Below are positions 1 to 6,510 of a stretch of 64,000 bases of DNA, piece by piece. Positions within the stretch are counted from its first letter, which is position 1. Every line of letters begins with the position of its first letter. This stretch comes from an uncultured Balneolaceae bacterium (GTDB lineage: Bacteria > Bacteroidota > Rhodothermia > Balneolales > Balneolaceae), in NCBI GenBank assembly GCA_964415185.1, contig CAYPZI010000004.1:340-64339 (forward strand). The letters are read 5' to 3'. A program made the translations under genes and the position numbers. The notes beneath the pieces were generated by a model. That model saw nothing but the letters and a program-made list of their open reading frames with translations, was not told where the DNA came from and ran no database searches.

Positions 1-262
1 TGAGTGTATAAATCCCGGGTACAATATTTTTAATTGTAAACCGGCCGTCAAGATCTGAAGCATCCCCCTGGCCGGTCTCTTCAATGATGACGGTTGCACC
101 TATTAAAGGCTCACCGTTACTTTCATCAATAATTGTACCGCTAATGGAACCTGTCTGACCTTTAGAATCAGACTGCATTGCGTACAGGTTTGCGCTTGTA
201 ACCTGTAATAAAACAGTTGCTAAAATTAAGATTATATGTTTCACTTTGTGCTGATTTTTCAT
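1..262 (-). CDS. TonB-dependent receptor (SusC-like), N-terminal fragment; the gene runs off the window start
   Basis: Not in the ORF track because it is truncated by the window edge. Reverse-strand translation from the ATG at 262..260 gives MKNQHKVKHIILILATVLLQVTSANLYA (signal peptide), then GTIIDESNGEPLIGATVIIEETGQGDASDLDGRFTIKNIVPGIYTL. This is a typical carboxypeptidase-regulatory-like domain, as found at the head of Bacteroidota-type TonB-dependent receptors. Confidence 0.8.
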   Translation of the reverse strand, partial: MKNQHKVKHIILILATVLLQVTSANLYAMQSDSKGQTGSISGTIIDESNGEPLIGATVIIEETGQGDASDLDGRFTIKNIVPGIYTL

Positions 263-436
263 TCTGATTGATTGTTGATCACAAACTACATCAGATACAT
301 TTCAGCACTGTTATGCGAACGTTATATAACCTTGAATTTTATGTTACCTCAATGTTAAGACCTCTCTATAAAGCAAATTACTAACAAGTTATCCACCAAA
401 ATTATGAGGGAGTATGCAAATTCTCAGGTGGCCTTA

Positions 437-596
437 TGTCATGTCAAGAATAAAACTTCGGGTAGTGTTTAAAGGAAACCCGCAATGTTTTTCTCAATTA
501 CCTTTTAGTAGTGCCTTTCTCATCGCTTTTTTTGAAAAGAAACATTGCGGGTTTATCCGCCATTTCATGTTTGACTTAACAGTAGTGTCGTGTCAA
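437..596 (+). repeat. Family-A structured intergenic repeat, diverged copy (A1)
   Basis: Perfect 15-bp inverted repeat AAACCCGCAATGTTT (476..490) / AAACATTGCGGGTTT (540..554) around a 49-nt spacer. Flanked by TGTCATGTCAA (437..447) and TAGTGTCGTGTCAA (583..596). Shares GAAAAG before the right arm and the flank CATTTCATGYTTGAC with copy A2. Confidence 0.8.
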
Positions 597-742
597 TCAA
601 AACCTGTCAGATTTCAATCCACATTTGAACATTGACTTAACACGATTCAGTGGTTAAAAAACTGTACCCTCGCCGCCGGACTCCGATAGAGCAAAAAGCA
701 GGCTGAAAGCCTGGTAGCAGCGAGGTTGAAGATTGTGAGGTA

Positions 743-843
743 AGTCATCGGACCGTGTCCGGCCTTTGACGGATGAGTTAACCCTTGAATCTTCGCAAGC
801 ATACAAATATGCTTGTTTTTTCGAAAAAACTCATCCGATGACT
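743..843 (+). repeat. Family-B structured intergenic repeat (B1), just downstream of the ftsH stop
   Basis: 743..778 (AGTCATCGGACCGTGTCCGGCCTTTGACGGATGAGT) is identical to 38377..38412. Nested pairing: AGTCATC/GATGACT (743..749 with 837..843) and CGGATGAGTT/AACTCATCCG (770..779 with 828..837). Inner hairpin CAAGCAT/ATGCTTG (796..802 with 809..815) followed by T6. Confidence 0.75.
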
Positions 844-900
844 TTTTTCCAACAACCGTACTATTAAAATTGACGCGACACTTGTTCAGGATTACACTTT

Positions 901-2925
901 CTACCGGTTTGTTTCAGAACCGTCTTTTTCTTTAGAAGGCTTTAACATAGAGCCATTCCCTGATTGAACAGATTTATCATCATCAAAAATGCCTTCCGGA
1001 TAGTTGCCATGAGGGCGGTCGCCCAGAAGGTCTCGTAAGTCATGCGGGGAAAGAACTTCCCTCTCGAGAAGTGTATGGGCCATTTCTTCAAGCTTATCCT
1101 TGTGTTTTATCAGAAGGTCAAAAGTGCGCTTGTAATTCTTCTTTATAATTTTCTGTACAGCCTGGTCTATTCTCTCGGCAGTTTTTTGCGAATATTTCTT
1201 GTTGAAACCAAAGCTGTTATCCGGGCTTGACGAGTCTTTGAGGGATACATAACCCAGCTCTTCACTCATCCCGAATTCAGCTACCATGGCAAAAGCCATG
1301 TTGGTGATTCGCTCAAGGTCGTTTTGGGCTCCGGTTGAAATTCTACCAAAAATGATCTCTTCAGCCACACGCCCGCCGAGCAAGGCACAGATTTTATCGT
1401 CAAGTTCTTCTGTTGTCATGAGAAAACGGTCTTCAAGCGGAGTTTGCAGCGTATAACCAAGTGCTGCCAGTCCCCGCGGCACGATGCTTACTTTCAGAAC
1501 CGGGTCCGTATGTTCGAGGTACCATCCGACAATAGCATGGCCAGACTCATGATAGGCAACAATCTTACGCTCTCTCGGGCTGATCAATTTGTTTTTCTTT
1601 TCAAGGCCCGCAACAACCCGCTCGATGGCATCCTGGAAATCAACCATCTCCACTGTATTTTTTCCTCTTCTTGCGGCAAGCAGTGCAGCTTCATTGCATA
1701 AATTCGCAAGTTCTGCGCCTGCAAAGCCCGGTGTTTGAGAGGCTAAGAGCTTCAGATCGATATCCTGGCTCAGTTTTAATTTTCTTGCGTGTACTTCAAG
1801 CACTTTCACTCTTCCGTTCAGATCCGGCTTATCCACAAGTATCTGCCGGTCGAAACGCCCTGGGCGTAACAAAGCGGAATCAAGCACATCGGGACGGTTT
1901 GTAGCCGCCATAATAATGACCCCTTTATCCGAATCAAACCCATCCATTTCGTTCAAAAGCTGGTTCAGGGTATTTTCGCGTTCGTCATTCGAGCCCATCA
2001 TCATTCCTCTTCCACGGCTGCGGCCAATAGAATCAATTTCATCAATAAAAACAATACACGGAGCTTTTTCCTTTGCCTGTTTAAACAGGTCTCTTACACG
2101 GGCTGCACCAACTCCCACAAACATTTCAACAAAGTCGGAACCGCTTAATGAGAAAAATGGAGTATCCGCCTCACCGGCCGTTGCCCTCGCCAAAAGCGTT
2201 TTGCCCGTTCCGGGTGGGCCAACCAACAGAACCCCTTTAGGCAGGGACCCGCCAAGTTTGGTGAATTTTTTGGGATTTTTAAGAAACTCAACAACCTCTT
2301 CAACTTCTTCTTTTGCCTCCTCAAGTCCGGCAACATCTTTAAAAGAAACCTTGTTTTCCGACTGTTTGTCGTAAAGTGATGCTTTGTTTTTGCCAATACT
2401 GAGCACCTGTTGGCCGGGGTTCATCCGGCGGAATATAAACACCCAGAATGCTACAAGAAGAGCGATGGGGATCAGCCAGATGAGGATTCCGCTGAACCAG
2501 TCTTCCTCAATCCTAACATCATATACTACGTTATTCTCATCCAAAACAGCCCTGATTTCGTCACCCTCTAACATCGTTGTAGTAAACCGGTCGTTCTCCT
2601 GTTCACCGGTAATCTGCCAGGCTACATCAGACTGTGGCTGACGTTCAATAACGCCTTCCTGGAATGCTTTTTCCGAATACCTGCCCCGGATTTCACGGCT
2701 ATTAACAATGGTGATTTCATCAACATATCCATTCTCAACATATTCCAGAAATTCACTGTACTTAAGCCTGTTGGTATTTTCACCCGGAACCATGTAAAAT
2801 TGAAAGGCAATTAGTACCAGGAAGAGTACGACATAAATCCAGACAGGAAATTTCGGTTTTTTCTTGTCATTCTTCTGTTCCTGAGATGGAAAATTCGGTT
2901 TTGATTTATTACTTCGCTTTGGCAT
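901..2925 (-). CDS. ftsH: ATP-dependent zinc metalloprotease FtsH
   Basis: 674 aa. N-terminal TM segments, AAA+ Walker A GPPGTGKT, Walker B IVFIDEID, zinc site HESGHAI. Confidence 0.97.
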   Translation of the reverse strand: MPKRSNKSKPNFPSQEQKNDKKKPKFPVWIYVVLFLVLIAFQFYMVPGENTNRLKYSEFLEYVENGYVDEITIVNSREIRGRYSEKAFQEGVIERQPQSDVAWQITGEQENDRFTTTMLEGDEIRAVLDENNVVYDVRIEEDWFSGILIWLIPIALLVAFWVFIFRRMNPGQQVLSIGKNKASLYDKQSENKVSFKDVAGLEEAKEEVEEVVEFLKNPKKFTKLGGSLPKGVLLVGPPGTGKTLLARATAGEADTPFFSLSGSDFVEMFVGVGAARVRDLFKQAKEKAPCIVFIDEIDSIGRSRGRGMMMGSNDERENTLNQLLNEMDGFDSDKGVIIMAATNRPDVLDSALLRPGRFDRQILVDKPDLNGRVKVLEVHARKLKLSQDIDLKLLASQTPGFAGAELANLCNEAALLAARRGKNTVEMVDFQDAIERVVAGLEKKNKLISPRERKIVAYHESGHAIVGWYLEHTDPVLKVSIVPRGLAALGYTLQTPLEDRFLMTTEELDDKICALLGGRVAEEIIFGRISTGAQNDLERITNMAFAMVAEFGMSEELGYVSLKDSSSPDNSFGFNKKYSQKTAERIDQAVQKIIKKNYKRTFDLLIKHKDKLEEMAHTLLEREVLSPHDLRDLLGDRPHGNYPEGIFDDDKSVQSGNGSMLKPSKEKDGSETNR

Positions 2926-3039
2926 CTATAAAATTTTCAATTAAAACATAAGCACCCAAGATAATGTTTTTTACTGAAACGTGCGTTCCCTTATTAAAAA
3001 CACTTAAGGCAGAATGTTGGTCTCTAACGGTTATTTTTG

Positions 3040-4089
3040 CTACTTATTTGATCCCTGAACAGCAGTCTCAATTTGTATCGTTTCGTCGGTTCCGCTCTTG
3101 ATTAAAATCCCCTCACCAGGGGCAATGGTCTTGCCTATCACCGTTACTTCACTGAAATCTTTTTCAAACTTTTCAGCATTTTTTTTATCTGTGGTAAACA
3201 TCAGCTCAAAATCCTCTCCTCCGTAAAATGCATATTTATCTACATCTTCCTGCATCTCATCTGCAATTTTCCTGGTGTTCAGTGATATGGGAACCGCAGG
3301 AGAAAAAATCTCCATCCCTATTCCGGAAGATTCACAGATTTTTTTCGCCTCACTAATCAAACCTTTTGAAATATCTATCATTGACGAGATGGTAATATCT
3401 TGTTCAGTCAATGCACGAATTACATCCAGCCTGGCGCGTGGCACAAGTTGTTTTTGGATGGCCTCCTGGTACTCACTTAAATCAGGCTGAAAATGATCCT
3501 CGCCACTCTCTTCCCATGCTTTTTTTTCTCTCATCAAAACCCTTAGGCCAGCGATTGCGCCACCGAGATCCCCCGTCACACACAGCAGATCGTTTTCATT
3601 GGCTCCATTTCTGTAAACAACTTCATCGGCTTCGATATAACCATTTACGGTGGCGGCAAGAACAAAAAGTTGTTGAGAAGCAGTAGTATCGCCTCCTATC
3701 AGCTCGATTTCATAATCCCGGCAGGCGCTCTGCACACCGCTGTAAAACTGGTCAATCATTTGTACGGAAATTTTGTTGGGCACTGCGATATCCAGCAAGA
3801 TTTCGCCCGGAATGGAATTCATCGCACACACATTACTCACTGCTGTTGTAACGCACTTGTAACCCAAATGATGCAGCGGGGTGTACGTGAGATCGAAATG
3901 CACGCCTTCAAGTAGAAGGTTGGAAGATTGCAAAAGAGCTTTCCCGTTTGCAGTTTTAATTACGGATGCATCATCACCGATCCCTTTGATGGTAGATTCA
4001 CGTTTTTTTCCTGATCGCTCTCTGAATATATCTAACAGAGATTCATAACCGGTTTCGTGAATAGTTTGGAATTCGTTTTTATTTTTCAT
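3040..4089 (-). CDS. thiL: Thiamine-monophosphate kinase
   Basis: 349 aa. AIR-synthase-related fold motifs GIGDDASVI and LLLEGVHFDL, typical of ThiL. Confidence 0.85.
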   Translation of the reverse strand: MKNKNEFQTIHETGYESLLDIFRERSGKKRESTIKGIGDDASVIKTANGKALLQSSNLLLEGVHFDLTYTPLHHLGYKCVTTAVSNVCAMNSIPGEILLDIAVPNKISVQMIDQFYSGVQSACRDYEIELIGGDTTASQQLFVLAATVNGYIEADEVVYRNGANENDLLCVTGDLGGAIAGLRVLMREKKAWEESGEDHFQPDLSEYQEAIQKQLVPRARLDVIRALTEQDITISSMIDISKGLISEAKKICESSGIGMEIFSPAVPISLNTRKIADEMQEDVDKYAFYGGEDFELMFTTDKKNAEKFEKDFSEVTVIGKTIAPGEGILIKSGTDETIQIETAVQGSNK

Positions 4090-4118
4090 TTGATAAAAAA
4101 AAAGGCACTCACACCTGG

Positions 4119-4278
4119 TGTCTTGTCAAGCTTGAAATGCGGATGAGACATGACATTAGTGTCATGTCAACTGTAAACCCGCAAAGTTTTATCTCGGAGT
4201 TGCTTCTATTTATCTAACGTAATGCCATTTCAGAAAAGAAACTTTGCGGGTTTCTTACGACATTTCATGCTTGACACA
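4119..4278 (+). repeat. Family-A structured intergenic repeat (A2); 103-nt core at 4160..4262
   Basis: The core is the exact reverse complement of 56634..56736. Perfect 15-bp arms AAACCCGCAAAGTTT (4175..4189) / AAACTTTGCGGGTTT (4239..4253) with a 49-nt spacer. Extra modules: TGTCTTGTCAA (4119..4129), palindrome GACATGACA-ttag-TGTCATGTC (4147..4168), TTGACACA (4271..4278). Confidence 0.9.
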
Positions 4279-4323
4279 AAACTAGTGCGAAATGCCTTTA
4301 AAATTTAAATTATGCAGTTTATC

Positions 4324-4770
4324 TCACATTTCCCGTTTGGTGGAATAGTTAATTCTGAGAGTATTTGCATGGCGCAGTTCTTGTTGCACATCCGTGATAA
4401 TGCCAAACTCCGAATCTTTATCCACCCGGAGGGAAACAATCAGCCTGGGTTCTTCAAGAATCTTGTCGTACATGATGTTCCGTATAGCATTGATATCGTC
4501 TACAAGAGAATCATCAATTTGTACTTTTGTATCACCCAACCGGTTAGGGCCAAGCCTTTCAGGGCCAATGTAAACATAAGTTACAAGCCTCTTCTGCTCT
4601 ATTTTTTCAATATTTTCCGCATTTGTGAAATCAATCTGAACCTGGAGTTCAACTTCACGAAGCACAGTTGTTACCATAAAAAATATTAACAACATGAATA
4701 CGATGTCGGGCATAGCCGACATCGGCACCTTGGTTTCGGTTTTAGATGATTTTTTTTCAAAATGTGCCAT
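4324..4770 (-). CDS. exbD: Biopolymer transport protein ExbD/TolR
   Basis: 148 aa. Single N-terminal TM with MPDIVFMLLIFFMVTT, characteristic of ExbD/TolR. Confidence 0.9.
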   Translation of the reverse strand: MAHFEKKSSKTETKVPMSAMPDIVFMLLIFFMVTTVLREVELQVQIDFTNAENIEKIEQKRLVTYVYIGPERLGPNRLGDTKVQIDDSLVDDINAIRNIMYDKILEEPRLIVSLRVDKDSEFGIITDVQQELRHANTLRINYSTKREM

Positions 4771-4772
4771 GA

Positions 4773-5312
4773 TTAGCCCTCATCTGGTTCTGCTATTGAA
4801 ATTTTCTTGGGATAGAGATCCTGTATCTCCTCCTTCTGTTCCGTATTATCCTCCAATTGAGAATATGGCACACCGAATCTGCTCATGGAAGCATCGGTCC
4901 GGAGTTCAGCATAGGCGCCCATCACTTCATCAAGCATATCAATATATACGCTGTAAGGTGTCCGCCGGTCGGTTTTGATCGACACAATAGCATCATTCGG
5001 TGATTCAGACAGATTCGGGTCATTATTAGGATTGGCAACAAAATCTTTAACACGTTGCCGCACATCATTAACCGAAACCGGTTCGTCATCCAGGAGAACC
5101 ATTCCCTGTGCATTCACAAGAATTTTTAAGAGATTGCGCTCTCTTACTGGTGGTGGTTCAATATCCTCTGGTATTGGTGGAAGAACCAGCCCAATACCTG
5201 TATCCACATCTATGGTTGTTACGACCAAAAAGAAAATGAGCAGAAGGAATGCGATATCGGCTAATGACGACATCGGTATTTCTGCATCTTCTCTGCTTCT
5301 TTTTCCAATCAT
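4773..5312 (-). CDS. exbD: Biopolymer transport protein ExbD/TolR (second paralog)
   Basis: 179 aa. SSLADIAFLLLIFFLVVT TM motif. Lies 2 nt from the downstream exbD. Confidence 0.9.
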   Translation of the reverse strand: MIGKRSREDAEIPMSSLADIAFLLLIFFLVVTTIDVDTGIGLVLPPIPEDIEPPPVRERNLLKILVNAQGMVLLDDEPVSVNDVRQRVKDFVANPNNDPNLSESPNDAIVSIKTDRRTPYSVYIDMLDEVMGAYAELRTDASMSRFGVPYSQLEDNTEQKEEIQDLYPKKISIAEPDEG

Positions 5313-5317
5313 TATTA

Positions 5318-5587
5318 TCAGATTTTAAAAGTTCCGCGCATTCCTGTAAGAAAGATAGATACAACCATGATTGCAATCATAACAATCATGGTAGCGATTC
5401 CGGCCCTTTCCATTCCACCGGTTATGCCATATGCAATACCGAATACTACAAATGGCACTGCCATCATTCCTACTTTTTTAAATTCAGATTTTCCCATTGC
5501 CACGCCTCGCACGCCGCCGAAAATCATGCCAATTACCCCAATTAATATCAGGCCGAGCGCAAGACCAATTGCAATTGTTTGAGCCAT
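5318..5587 (-). CDS. Small Gly-rich integral membrane protein (about 3 TM), function unknown
   Basis: 89 aa and strongly hydrophobic. GGGAGG Shine-Dalgarno-like motif about 10 nt upstream of the ATG. A 5-nt gap to the downstream exbD suggests co-transcription. Confidence 0.6.
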   Translation of the reverse strand: MAQTIAIGLALGLILIGVIGMIFGGVRGVAMGKSEFKKVGMMAVPFVVFGIAYGITGGMERAGIATMIVMIAIMVVSIFLTGMRGTFKI

Positions 5588-5636
5588 AATAAATTAACCT
5601 CCCGGTTATATTAAAGTTTTATCCGGTTATTATTAT

Positions 5637-6353
5637 TTACTCTTCTGTGTCGCTTCCTGAACCTTCAGGAACGATCTGTTTACCCTGCTTCAGAAGCACA
5701 ATAGAATCGATCAATGTGATAGAGCTTTCTTCCATTTCGGAAATCAGCCTGTCAATTTTAGACACGCAGTAATTGTAGGCAACCTGAAGAATAATACCGG
5801 CAAGAAGGCCGCCGGCTGTAGTTAGAAGCGCAATTTTAATACCACCGGCTACAAGGCTTGGCGAAATATCAGCTGCAGCTTCAATTGCATCAAAAGCTTC
5901 GATCATACCGACAACAGTACCAAGGAACCCGAGAAGCGGTGCAATGGCTATGAACAATGCAAGCCAAACGAGCCCACGTTCAAGAAACCCCATTTCAATG
6001 GAACCATATGTTGTGATAGCTTTTTCAGCAGCTTCAATTCCTTCGTCAGCCCGCATCAGGCCGGCTTGAAATACCGAAGCGACAGGGCCTCTTGTTTGAG
6101 AACAAAGTTCCTGTGCAGCCGGAATTCCTCCGTCCTGTAAAGCTTCCTGAACGTCAACAATAAATTTTCTTGTATTGATGTCGGCAAGATTTAACGTTAT
6201 GATCCTTTCGAGAAATATAGCGAGGCCGAGTATCAAAGCGATAAGCACGGGCCACATCCAATCCCCGCCTTCATTAAATTTTTCGACGATTACATTAAAA
6301 AATCCGGCATCTGCTCCAGATTGAAGAAAAAATAGAGCGATAGATGAAATCAT
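5637..6353 (-). CDS. exbB: MotA/TolQ/ExbB proton-channel protein
   Basis: 238 aa. Three TM segments. C-terminal half (APLLGFLGTVVGMIEAF, GGIKIALLTTAGGL) typical of ExbB/TolQ. Confidence 0.9.
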   Translation of the reverse strand: MISSIALFFLQSGADAGFFNVIVEKFNEGGDWMWPVLIALILGLAIFLERIITLNLADINTRKFIVDVQEALQDGGIPAAQELCSQTRGPVASVFQAGLMRADEGIEAAEKAITTYGSIEMGFLERGLVWLALFIAIAPLLGFLGTVVGMIEAFDAIEAAADISPSLVAGGIKIALLTTAGGLLAGIILQVAYNYCVSKIDRLISEMEESSITLIDSIVLLKQGKQIVPEGSGSDTEE

Positions 6354-6510
6354 ACCTTTACTCCGAGTTGTTTATTTTTGTTTAGGACTTTATGATTCAA
6401 AATGATAGATCATTTCATCTTAAATGTCAAAAGAGGATTTAAAAAATTTTTAAAAAATCACTTCATTCACATTTTTCAAAGTCCGGTTATTAAATTACCC
6501 TCTAAAAATG

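Noticed and set aside
414-635. 73-aa plus-strand ORF in the ORF track. A similar case is the 125-aa ORF at 4312..4689.
   Set aside because: The first is made entirely of the family-A repeat and its flanks, with low-complexity odd composition and no coding-like features. The second lies antisense to exbD. Both are best explained as chance ORFs.
263-900. Possible TPP or cobalamin riboswitch in the long leader of the TonB-dependent receptor. A CTGAGA occurs on the minus strand at 427..422 and an ACCACTG at about 664..658.
   Set aside because: The partner elements are missing. There is no ACCTGA..GGATAATGCC..GCG.AGGGA for TPP, and no B12-box-like AGYCMGG.GACCKGCC or GGGAA/GGTG core for cobalamin. 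These are isolated hexamer matches only.
4160-4262. Family-A elements as integron attC sites or CRISPR repeats.
   Set aside because: There is no integrase, no cassette array and no RYYYAAC/GTTRRRY core pairing. Copies are tens of kb apart rather than regularly spaced. The lone GATTTCAATCCACATTTGAAC string at about 610..630 is CRISPR-repeat-like in flavour but occurs once.
4090-4323. TPP riboswitch upstream of thiL.
   Set aside because: There is no CTGAGA/ACCTGA core on the minus strand. The region is occupied by the family-A repeat instead.
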